NCBI RefSeq assembly: GCF_018350175.1
Contig: NC_058368.1
Location: forward strand, 111,292,001-111,356,000
DNA: 64,000 nucleotides
Source of the DNA: Felis catus
Taxonomy: Eukaryota
Reading direction: 5' to 3'
This document shows positions 25,065-36,241 of this stretch, piece by piece (within the stretch, counting starts at the first letter, position 1; each line of letters begins with the position of its first letter). The notes beneath the pieces are model-generated. The model was not told the DNA's origin. It was given only the letters and a program-made list of their open reading frames with translations, and searched no databases. The position numbers and the translations under genes were made by a program.

Positions 25065-26542
25065 TTTTGTGTTTTCTTAAAATTTTTAAAAAAATCTTTA
25101 TTTTTTTAGTTTACATCCACATTAGCATGTAGTGCAACAATGCTTTTAGGAGTAGATTCCTTAATGCCCCTTACCCATTTAGCCCATCCCCTCTCCCATA
25201 GCCCCTCTAGTAACCTTTTGTTTGTTCTCTATATTTAAGAGTCTCTTATGTTTTTGCCCCTTATGTTCATCTAGAGTCCTCATATGAGTGAAGTCATATG
25301 ATAGTTGTCTTTCTGTAATTTCGCTTAGCATAATACCCTCTAGTTCCATGCACGTAGTTGCAAATGGCAAGATGTCATTCTTTTTGGTTGCCGAGTAATA
25401 CTCCATTGTATAGATATACCACATCTTCTTTATCCATTCATCCATCCATGGACATCTGGGCTCTTTCCATACTTTGGCTATTGTCGATAGTGCTGCTATA
25501 AACATTGGGGTGCATGTGCCCCTTCGAAACAGCACACCTGTATCTCTTGGATACATACCTAGTAGTGCAATTGCTAGGTTGTAGGGTAGTTCTAATTTTA
25601 ATTTTTTGAGCAAACTCCATACTGTTTTCCAGAGTGGCTGCATCAGCTTGCATTGCCACCAACAATGCAAAGAGATCCTCTTTCTCCTCATCCTCGCCAA
25701 CATCTGTTGTTGCCTGAGTTGTTGATGTTAGCCATTCTGACAGGTGTGAGGTGGTATCTCATTGTGGTTTTGATTTGTATTTCCCTAACGATGAGTGATG
25801 TTGAGCATTTTTTCACGTGTCGGTTGGCCATCTGGATGTCTTCTTTGGAGAAGTGTCTATTCATGTCTTTTGCCCATTTCTTCACTCGATTATTTGTTTT
25901 TTGGGTGTTGAGTTTGAGAAGTTCTTTACGGATTTTGGATACTAACCCTTTATCTAATAATGTTGTTTGCAAGTATCTTTTCCCATTCTGTCGGTTGCCT
26001 TTTCGTCTTGCTGATTGTTTCCTTTGTGGTGTAGGAGCTTTTTATTTTGATGAGGTCCCAATAGTTCATGTTTGCTTTTGTGTCCCTTGCCTCCAGAGAT
26101 ATGTTGAGTAAGAAGTTGCTGAGGCCGAGGTCAAAGAGGTTTTGCCTGCTTTCTCCTCGAGGATTTTGATGGCTTCCTGCCTTACATTTAGGTCTTTCAT
26201 TCATTTTGAGTTTATTTTCGTGTATGGTGTAAGAAAGTGGTCCAGGTTCATTTTTCTGCATGTCGCTGTCCAGTTTTCCCAGCACCACTTGCTGAAGAGA
26301 CTGACTTTATTCCAATGGATATTCTTTCCTGCTTTGTCAAAGATGAGTTGGCCATACATTTGTGGGTCCATTTCTGGGTTCTCTATTCTGTTCCATTGAT
26401 CTGAGTGTCTGTTCTTGTGCCAGTACCATACTGTCTTGATGATTACAGCTTTCTAATACAGCCTAAAGTCCAGGACTGTTATGCCTCCTGCTTTGGTTTT
26501 CTTTTTGAAGATTGTTGTTGCTATTTAGGGTCTTTTCTGGTT
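25065..26542 (-). mobile_element. 5'-truncated L1 (ORF2 C-terminus plus 3' UTR), frameshifted, inserted into an older opposite-strand L1 ORF2 relic
   Basis: Minus-strand ORF pieces [36 protein letters not shown] and [25 protein letters not shown] are L1 ORF2p; flanks agaaaagtgttt (~25054) and agaaaagtattt (~26559) look like a TSD. Confidence 0.93.
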
Positions 26543-27908
26543 CTTAGCATACATGGATAGAAAAGTATTTGACAAACTGATTGAAAAATTAGAAATGCAA
26601 TGGCATAAACAATCTTTTTTTTTTTAATTTTTATTATTTTTGAGAGACAGAGAGACAGAACATGAATGGGGGAGGAGCAGAGAGAGAGGGGGACACAGAA
26701 TCCAAAGCAGGCTCCAGGCTCTGTGCTATATCAGCACAGAGCCCGACGCGCACAAACTGTGAGATCATGCATGACCTTAGGCAAAGTTGAATGCTCAACT
26801 GACTGAGCCACCCAGCTGCCCCTCTAATGTACTTTTTTTTTTACTTTTTTTTTTTTTTAACGTTTATTTATTTTTGAGACAGAGACAGAGCATGAACAGG
26901 GGAGGGTCAGAGAGAGGGAGACACAGAATCTGAAACAGGCTCCAGGCTCTGAGCTGTCAGCACAGAGCCCGACGCGGGGCTCAAACTCACTGACCGTGAA
27001 ATCATGACCTGAGTTGAAGTCGGCCGCTTAACAGACTGAGCCACCACGCGCCCCTCTAATGTACTTTTAAAAGCATCAATTATAAGGCGTGTAAAAGTAG
27101 ACTGAAATGATTGCATTAAAATAAGAAATTTTGTTCATTATAAGATATCATACATAGGGGAAAATGCACGTCTATTGGGGTTTTAAACATTATTACATAC
27201 CAAATTATCTTGTAGAATATTAATGTTTTGGTATATTTCTTTGTGTGTCAAATTTTACCTCCTATTTAAATTTTGTAATTATTTTTATGTGATATGTCCA
27301 CTTTTTCTTGGGCAAATTGCCAAATATTTAATAATTAATGATATTTGTTGCTACTTATAGGATTAAGTTTTCGTTATATTTCCAGGATGTTTATTAACGT
27401 AATATGAAAGTGAAATTGACTCTCAGAAGTTAAATGTAAAATGCAGGTCGGGGCACCTGGGTGGCTCAGTCATTTAAGCATCTGACTCTTGATTTCATCT
27501 GAGGTCATGATCTCGTGGGTTCGGTTCGTGGGTTTGAGCCCTGCATCAGGCTCCATGCTGTCAGTGTGGATCCTGCTTGGGATTCTCTCTTCCTCTCTCT
27601 CTGCTCCTCCCACACTCATGCTGCCTCTGTTTCTCTCAAAATAAATAAATAAACTTTAAAAAAAAAAGTAAAATGCAGGTCTTTACAAATATTTTAAGGG
27701 GTGTGTGGGTGGCTCAGTTCAGTTGAGCGTCCCACTTCAGCTCAGGTCATGATGTTTCAGTTTGTCAGTTCAAGCCCCGCATCGGGCTTTGTGCTGAGAG
27801 CTCAGCACGTGGAGCCTGCTTTAGATTCTGTGGCTTCCTCTCTTTCTGACCCTCCCCTGCTCACACTCTGTCTCTGTTTCTCTCAAAAATAAAAATTATA
27901 AAAAATTT

Positions 27909-28135
27909 GGGGCGCCTGGGTGGCGCAGTCGGTTAAGCGTCCGACTTCAGCCAGGTCACGATCTTGCAGTCCGTGAGTTCGAGCCCCGCGTCAGGCTCTG
28001 GGCTGATGGCTCGGAGCCTGGAGCCTGTTTCCGATTCTGTGTGTCCCTCTCTCTCTGCCCCTCCCCCGTTCATGCTCTGTCTCTCTCTGTCCCAAAAATA
28101 AATAAAAAACGTTGAAAAAAAAATTAAAAAAAAAA
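27909..28135 (+). mobile_element. Young felid CAN-SINE, last of three tandem sense SINEs (from ~27450)
   Basis: ggggcgcctgggtggcgcagtcggttaagcgtccgacttcagccagg...cccaaaaataaata-A tail. Confidence 0.93.
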
Positions 28136-28198
28136 TTTTTAAATGTGAATGTTTCTGAATACAAATAGATGATGTTTCTTTTTTTCTTTTTTTTGTAG

Positions 28199-28295
28199 GT
28201 CTAGGTCCAAAGAGAAAACGGATAGTGGGGAAAGTTCTAAAGAGAAGAAAAAAGACAAAGATGACAAGGAGGATGAAAAAGAAAAAGATGCTGGT
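28199..28295 (+). CDS. DDX46: DDX46 exon 4
   Basis: ttgtag|; SRSKEKTDSGESSKEKKKDKDDKEDEKEKDAG; GGT|gtatgt; 97 nt. Confidence 0.94.
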
Positions 28296-29362
28296 GTATG
28301 TTTACTAACAAATAATTGTATAATATCAAGCTTGTTTCTGTAATCACAGATTGTTGTTTTTTTTATTGCTATGTATTTTGAACTTTAAAAAAAAATGTTT
28401 ATTTATTCATTTTTAAATGTTTATTTTTGAGAGCTAGAGAGAGCACGAACAAGGAAGGGGCATAGAGAAAGGGAGAAACAGAATCCAAAGCAGGCTCCAG
28501 GTCCTGAGCTTTCAGTATAGAACCTGATATCGGGCTTGAACTCACAACTGCCATACCATGACCTGAGGTGAAATCAAGAGTTGGTCGTTTAACTGACTGA
28601 GCCACCCAGGTGTCTCTGGATAAAGCCTTTACAAAGGCTGTTTCTAGGAAACTTAAACATAAAGGCTAAACACAAAAGCTGGTTGTTTTTTTGTTTTTAA
28701 ATATATTTTTAATGTTTTTTGTTTCTTTTGTGGGGTGGGCAGAGGGGCATAGAGAGAGAATGAGTAGAGAATCCCAAACACTCTCTGCATTGTCAGCATG
28801 GAGCCTGAGGCATGGCTGGATCTCTTGAACCTGTGAAATCATGACCTGAGCCAAAATCAGGAGTTGGACGCTTAACCAACTGAGTCACCCAGGTGCCCCC
28901 TACGACCAAAGCTTTTTAATCATGTTGATACATAGCTTTCCCTTACTCATTAATTTCTAATAGAAAATTTCTTTTTCATGGTGGCAGTTTAAGAGGAGTT
29001 TAGAGGATTTGAAGTTGACAATAACTGACAACTAGGGAATTTTGCGTGTTTATTTGTCTAGTTTCTAGTTGAGGAAGAAAGTGAATTCCTGTGTATTTTG
29101 CTGTAATGAAAAAGAGATTAGATTATGGTTTTTGAAGTCTGTCTGCTTTCTTAGTTGAAGATGCTTTTTCTTATGAATTCATTTTGCTGGTGTATTTGTG
29201 GATATGTTTAAAAGATGTGTGATCTAAATCTTTTCTAAACTAAGGAGTTTGTAAATACTTTTTTATACTTTGAAAAAGTTATTTGGAATATTGCTGAAAT
29301 AAAGTTGTTAATCTTTGTTTCCTTCTCTCGCTGTCTCTCTTGTCCCCCCCCCCCCCCCCAAG

Positions 29363-29528
29363 AACTTTGATCAGAATAAGCTGGAAGAAGAAATGAGGAA
29401 GCGAAAAGAACGAGTTGAAAAATGGCGAGAGGAGCAACGTAAAAAGGCCATGGAAAACATAGGGGAACTGAAAAAGGAAATTGAAGAGATGAAACAAGGG
29501 AAAAAATGGAGTTTAGAAGATGATGATG
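29363..29528 (+). CDS. DDX46: DDX46 exon 5
   Basis: C16-aag| acceptor; NFDQNKLEEEMRKRKERVEKWREEQ...KWSLEDDD; ATG|gtatat; 166 nt. Confidence 0.95.
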
Positions 29529-31157
29529 GTATATTCATTTGGTACACTAATAGTCTATATAACAATTCATGTAGAATATTCTAGAAATATGAATAATACT
29601 TCATAGTGGAAATTTTTAGGCATTTTTTCTCTTGTGGAAAAACGTACGATTTTAACCTTTTTTTAAATGTGCAATTCCATGGCATTAAGTACATTCATGG
29701 TGTTGTGTATCATCCATCATCACCAGCCATTTCCAGAATGTTTTCATCATCCCAAACAGAAACTCTGTGCCCACAAAGATTAATTCCCCATCCTGCCCTA
29801 CCCTCAACCTACTTATCCCCCAAAATATCTATTCTATGAATTTGCCTTTTGTAAGTACCTCACATAAATGTAGTCATACGGTCTCCGCCCTTTTGTGTCT
29901 GGCTTATTTGACTCAACATAATGTCCTCAAGGTTCTTCCATGTTGTAGCATGTGTCAAAATTTCATTCCTTTTTTATGGCTGAATGATATTCCATTGTAT
30001 GTGTATACTGCGTTTTGTTTACCTATTGGTCTATTGGATATGTAGGTTGTTTACACCTTTTGACTGTTGTGAATAAAGCTGCTGCAAGTATTGGTATGCA
30101 AATATACATTTGAATCCCTGCTTTTAGTTTTTTAGTTAATATACCTAGGAGTGGAATTGCTGGGTTCATATTGAGATATTAAATCTCTCTAATAATATTT
30201 ATGTTAAAATGTAAAGTGTAGGATAGTGTTCAGTAAGGATCACTGATTTTACCTCATTTTTGTTGTTTTTTTATTTAAAAAAATTTTTTTAATGTTTATT
30301 TTTGAGAGAGAGAGAGAGAGAGACAGAGTGTGAGTGGGGGACGGTCAGAGAGAGAGGGGAGACAGAGTCCGAAGCAGGCTCCAATCTCAGCGGTCAGCAC
30401 AGAGCCTGACACAGGGCTCGAACTCAAACCCTGAGCCGAAGTCAGACGCTTAACTTACTGAGCCACCCAGGCGCCCCTCACTGGTTTTACTTGAGAGTGG
30501 AGAGTTGAGTTCTTATGGGCACAGTCAGTAAATAGCTCTTTAATTTTTTTTATTACAAATAAGAATATTAGTAATGAAGGTAAGTTAAAGGCATGTTTTC
30601 AGGTCCCTCCTGATTTTTCATAACTTACAAGGGAACTATTTCCCTGGCGTATATGATTTTTACTTTTAGATTTTAGTGAAGTAGAAGAGTGTGAAATTTT
30701 ATAGGGAAATGGAGTTTTGCTCTATTTTTCCGTGAAAATTCTGGTGAATTTTTCATCTTCTATTAAAGTTTCACAGAGTGGTTTAAATAGATGAAGAGAA
30801 TGTATTTTTAAGGGGTGATGATATCTTTGATATGTGAAAAAAAAGATTATCTTGAATTGAAAATGTGCGATTTTTTTTTGTGATTTTAAAAAAAAGGTAA
30901 TTGAAAGAAATGTACTATTTAACAGAAAGTTTTTAGTCCTGTCTCTTTTCAATGTATCATGTGATTTATATCATTATGTAAAATTGATGCATGCTTGCTA
31001 AGTGTAATAACTTGTTAAGTTTGAGTATTTGAACTGCTTTGTGCCTGGGTTGGTTGGAAAGGAGGGTGTGAGGGAAGAGGTCACGGTGAGAGGCATTCTG
31101 ATTATGAAGTATTTCCTTTTGAAACATATGTACAAAAGAGTGATTCTGCTCTTTTAG

Positions 31158-31309
31158 ATGATGAAGATGATCCTGCAGAAGCTGAAAAGGAAGGAAATGA
31201 AATGGAGGGTGAGGAGTTAGATCCGTTAGATGCTTACATGGAAGAAGTGAAAGAGGAAGTAAAAAAGTTTAATATGCGAAGTGTGAAGGGTGGTGGAGGG
31301 AATGAAAAG
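31158..31309 (+). CDS. DDX46: DDX46 exon 6 (DPLD motif)
   Basis: ttttag|; DDEDDPAEAEKEGNEMEGEELDPLDAYMEEV...GGGGNEK; AAG|gtatac; 152 nt. Confidence 0.95.
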
Positions 31310-32099
31310 GTATACCATTTTCTCTTATTTTTTAAAGATTTTTCCAGTATTCCTAATTGGATAACGAATTCTTGTCACATTGACCTACCACTGACTTGCC
31401 TGAGTTTATAAATTTGATTCCTCCCCTCTTTCAGAAATGCTAGTGCTTTTTCTCAGTCCCACAGATACTAGGGAATTTTAGCTGTAAGCGTTCTTTCAAA
31501 AAGTTGCTCTTACTGCCACCATCTGTATTTAGTGTCTTTCCTTACTGCTGACCTCTCATTAGGTCCTCTCCAGACTTCATTGGCACTTTCAGCTTTCATG
31601 TCTCTGATCCCCTTTACCAGTGTATTTTTCTTCTTTTTAATAGCATTTGTTGTCTTCTGGCAAATTATCTGATTTAGTTTTTACTGTGTTTATTGTTTCT
31701 CTCTTGTAAAATGAGAGCTGTCTAATGGTAGTGACCTTTACCTGTTTTAATGATTTATCCTAAGCTCTTTCAACAGTGTCTGGCTTGTCCAATGAGTAAA
31801 AAGTACCATTTAGAAGTATTTTTAAGTGAATTATATTACATTTTTATATGTTCTATAACATTATATATTACATAAAATGATATAAAATTACATTATACAG
31901 TATTATATAAAATATATAGTAAACTTTATATTGTATAATCCAGTTAATGTTACATTTTAAAATTTAAACAAATTCATTAGGAGAAAGCAGACTCCTTTTG
32001 TCATTTGAATTATAAATTGTGACAGTTATCATTGTGCTTCATTTGCATACAATTTCTTCTCAATTTTATAACATACTTTATATTCCTTTTTTATTTTAG

Positions 32100-32213
32100 A
32101 AGTCTGGGCCAACAGTCACAAAAGTTGTCACTGTAGTGACAACCAAAAAAGCAGTGGTAGATTCTGATAAGAAGAAAGGTGAGCTAATGGAAAATGACCA
32201 GGATGCCATGGAG
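32100..32213 (+). CDS. DDX46: DDX46 exon 7
   Basis: ttttag|; KSGPTVTKVVTVVTTKKAVVDSDKKKGELMENDQDAME; GAG|gtaatt; 114 nt. Confidence 0.94.
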
Positions 32214-32770
32214 GTAATTCTTTGTTAATTTTGACTTTGTTCATTATACTATCCTAGAAGTGTTTATTTGGTGGAGATGTGCTCTTTAGTTCTAGAAACT
32301 ACTGTTAGGAGGAGTTCTTGCTTTTCTCAACAGTGCTGTTGCTGAATATCCAGTCTGTAGAACATTTTGACATCTTTGACTTTTTTCTGCATGCCCACTT
32401 GTTGATTTCCCCTTTGCCCCTCATCACTGACCTCAGACATATAAGGCAAGAGAAGAGATAAAGTGACAGAATGAATTAAATTTCTTCTATTAACACGCAT
32501 TGTAAAGATTTGTGTAGAGAGAACTATATCAAAACTTCTTTAAAGCCTTATTAGAATTGTTTTGTTATTTTAGCTTTATATTGTCATTATAACTTTCTGT
32601 AAGGGCAAAGAAAAAAGAAAGTAAGTTGAAAAATTCAGAATGTGAAAAAGTAAAAGCCAAGGAATATTTTCTAGGAGAGGAGGATTTTAAAAGCTAGGAA
32701 TAGTGTTTTCCGTAAGGAGAAAATAATAAAGGATTTAGCTTTTTCCTTATTATTATTTTTTTAATTATAG

Positions 32771-32936
32771 TATTCTTCAGAGGAGGAAGAAGTTGATCTT
32801 CAGACGGCCCTTACAGGCTACCAGACAAAACAGAGAAAGCTTCTAGAACCAGTGGATCATGGAAAAATTGAATATGAACCGTTCAGAAAAAACTTTTATG
32901 TTGAAGTTCCAGAATTAGCAAAAATGTCTCAAGAGG
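32771..32936 (+). CDS. DDX46: DDX46 exon 8
   Basis: ttatag|; YSSEEEEVDLQTALTGYQTKQRKLLEPVDHGKIEYEPFRKNFYVEVPELAKMSQE; AGG|gtaaaa; 166 nt. Confidence 0.95.
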
Positions 32937-34297
32937 GTAAAATTCTTTTATTCATTTATTGGTTATTGAACAGAGGAGGATATGCTTCGCTTTGCCTAGG
33001 AGGAATGTGGGTAGGTTGTAAGTTGGTGCATGAGTAGGAGGAGTTGTCATGGCTTACCTGGAGAAGTGAGAGAAGAAACAAGAAGGCAAGAAGTCATTCT
33101 AGTGAGTATGAACTTCATCTGCAAAGATTCAGAGCAGTGAGGAATCAGTGTAGTTTTGGAAGTATTTTTAAAAATGAGCAAAAATTAGTTTGGGTCATGT
33201 AGTTGAGATTTTTTGGGTTGAGAATAGTCTTCATGTGAAGTTAGCAAATAAAGTATTATTAGCCTTTCCCTTTCTGGGATTTGAGGGTTAGGAACCAGTG
33301 TGAATCTGTGTAATTATTGGTAGAATAAGGATAATCTAGGCAACTCTTACTTGGAGAACAAGTGTTTGTATTACCTGTCAATCATTGTTCTTTTATTGAT
33401 GTTTCAGTGTAAGACATAATAAAAGACAGATTATAGAAATGGGATATTTCTTTTAATCCCCTATTAGGTCACAGCAGTAATTGTATTAAGTGTCCTATAG
33501 ATTTTGTGTGGAATTATCTTTAGTAGTACAAAAAAAAGATTTTTTTGAAAACTTTTCTCCTTTACTTTTTCAACCTTTTTTTCAATTTTGAGAGACAGAG
33601 TGTGAGCAGGGGAAGGGCAGAGAGAGAGGGAGACACAGAATCTGAAGCAGGCTCCAGCTTCTGAGCTGTCAGCACAGAGCTCAATGCAGGGTTCGAACCC
33701 ATGAACAGTGAGATCATGAGATCATGACCTGTGCTGAAGTCAGATGCTTAACCGACTGAGCTACCCAGGTGCCCTTCTTTTCTTTTTTTATGTTACTTAT
33801 TTTTGAGAGAGAGACAGAGCTTGAGTAGGGGAGGGGCAGAGGGAGAGGGCATTCACAGAATCTGAAGCAGGCTCTAGGCTCTGATCTGTCAACACAAAAC
33901 CTAATGTGGGGCTTGAACTCACAAGCCGTGAGACCATGACCTGAGGTGAAGTTGGACACTTAACTGACTGAGCCACCCAGGTGCCCCTGAAGATTTTTTT
34001 TTTAGGTTTCTTTATTTATTTTGAGAGAGAGAGTATGCAGGAGGGGCAGAGAGAGAGAGGGAGAGAGAATTCCAAGCAGGCTCTGGACCGTCAGTACACA
34101 GAGCCCAGTGCGGGGCTCGAACTCATGAACTGTGAGATCATGACCTGACGTGAAATCAAGAGTTGGATGCTTACCTGACTGAGCCACCCAGGTGCCCCAA
34201 GAATTGAAGATTCTTAGTTTTGCCATGCTTGATTGAAAAGTAGAAGGCATTAATGAAACAATATTTAATAGATTTTAATCTGGATTTTGTTTTGTAG

Positions 34298-34418
34298 AGG
34301 TAAATGTTTTTCGGTTGGAAATGGAAGGCATTACTGTCAAGGGAAAAGGTTGCCCCAAACCAATTAAATCTTGGGTCCAGTGTGGAATTTCTATGAAGAT
34401 CCTAAATTCTCTCAAAAA
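34298..34418 (+). CDS. DDX46: DDX46 exon 9
   Basis: ttgtag|; EVNVFRLEMEGITVKGKGCPKPIKSWVQCGISMKILNSLK; AAA|gtgagt; 121 nt. Confidence 0.95.
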
Positions 34419-35000
34419 GTGAGTAGTTAGTGATTCTCTACATTTTTCAGTGTCTTCCTATTCAGAATGGCTCTTTTACCCAATTAATTCCATTGGTTAC
34501 ATTTTTACTGTAATAGAAAAATTTACTGTTTTTTTCTTAAACAGCTGAGTGTTTTCAGATATAATTTACATATCATAAGCCTTACTCTTTGTACAGTTCA
34601 ATGATTTTTAGTATATTTATGGAGTTAGGCAGTCATCACCATAATTTAATTTTAGAACATATTCATTATCCCAAAAAGAGACCTGTATCCCTTAGTAGTC
34701 ATTCTTCTCCCTTCTTTGTCCTAGGCATCCACCAATTTACTGTGTCTACAGATTTGTCTCTTCTGGACGTTTCCTATAAGTGGGATCGTACTAACATAGT
34801 CTTTTGTGATTCACTTCTTTCACTTAACATAATATTTTCAATGCTCATTCATGATGTAGAATGCCTCAGTCCTTCATTCCCTTTTGGCAAATAATATTCG
34901 TTGTACAGCTGTTCTGCGTTTTGGAAAACCTTGCTATGGGACTTGGAGAGACCCAGAGATGCCAGTTCTTACCTTGTCTTTCTTTGGTTTGCTTTTTAAG

Positions 35001-35176
35001 GCATGGCTATGAAAAACCCACGCCAATCCAGACCCAGGCGATTCCTGCTATAATGTCTGGACGAGATTTGATTGGTATTGCCAAGACAGGAAGCGGAAAG
35101 ACCATTGCTTTTCTGTTGCCCATGTTTAGACACATCATGGATCAGAGGTCATTAGAAGAAGGAGAGGGGCCAATAG
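35001..35176 (+). CDS. DDX46: DDX46 exon 10 (Q motif, Walker A AKTGSGKT)
   Basis: tttaag|; [40 protein letters not shown]...GEGPI; TAG|gtacaa; 176 nt. Confidence 0.97.
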
Positions 35177-36119
35177 GTACAATTCCTTTCATTAAACTAT
35201 TTATTCAGGTAACAGCTTTGTTGTCAGTTAATCAGAAAGACCTGATATTTTATAATGTTCTGTTATAACAATAAAGATGTCTTTATGTACATTTCCTTTA
35301 TAAATTTGGCACTTTGGGGCTGATTTCCCCTTACCAGCAGGTGGAGTGAGAATCTTCAGAGCTCTGGAGTGACACCTCAGAAGTACAAAAACAGCCTCTC
35401 CTGGCACAGCTCAATTTTTAAACTCTGACTCGGCAGGTAGACTCCTCGTGCATCTATCTGTTTATTTATATTGAGGTTTGTGCTTAGTGAGTGTCAGTGG
35501 ATCTATAAACTCAACATAGAAGATTGTAAGGAAATATATTTTCCATTTTTGGTTTTTCGCCTTAAAAGGCTATATATATAGTGCCAGCATCTCCTTCAGG
35601 ATTAGGTCTTCAGGTTCATTTGTTGATTCATTTGGCAGAGATCTGTTTCGCAAGTGTGAGTAGGGTTTTGAAAATTTGCTCAGCTCCTCTCTTGGAAACG
35701 GGGCACAATATATTCCTACTTTTTCTGTGCCCTTCACACCAAGGTTGTTTCCGGAAGCCTCGGTATGGCTCTGCAGCACAGTGAGTCGCTTGATTATCTT
35801 TGCTCTGTGATTTGCAGTTGAGAATGATTTGCGTTCTTTTCACCCCAGTATTTTCCTGATGTTTGAGTGAGACATTTAACTCTCATTTATCTTTCTGTAG
35901 CATGTTCTTAAAATCTACTTAAAATTAGCAATCGCCACAATCTCTACTATTACAAACCTTTTGAAAGAGGGTTTCAAAGGTGCATAAAACAAATGAAAAC
36001 AAAAACAAAAAATTATACTAAGAAATCTGAACATTATTTCAGAGGTTAAATATAACACGTTACAGGATAGCCTTTCAAGAATTTTGGTGGTTAGGCTTTT
36101 GACATATTTATCTTTTCAG

Positions 36120-36241
36120 CTGTCATCATGACTCCAACTCGAGAACTGGCTTTACAAATTACTAAAGAATGTAAGAAGTTTTCAAAGACCCTGGGACTTA
36201 GAGTGGTCTGTGTTTATGGAGGAACAGGAATCAGTGAGCAG
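36120..36241 (+). CDS. DDX46: DDX46 exon 11 (motif Ia PTRELA)
   Basis: tttcag|; [44 protein letters not shown]|gtaact; 122 nt. Confidence 0.97.

Noticed and set aside
25179..26288. L1 ORF2-like ORFs as an active element
   Set aside because: 5'-truncated and split across frames; no ORF1 or promoter
31310..31320. gtataccattt as a U12-type donor
   Set aside because: Does not match GTATCCTT; the acceptor has an ordinary pyrimidine tract and no TCCTTAAC branch box
35570..35843. Minus-strand 69-71 aa ORFs in intron 10 as a nested gene or pseudogene
   Set aside because: No recognisable homology, poly(A) tail or TSD
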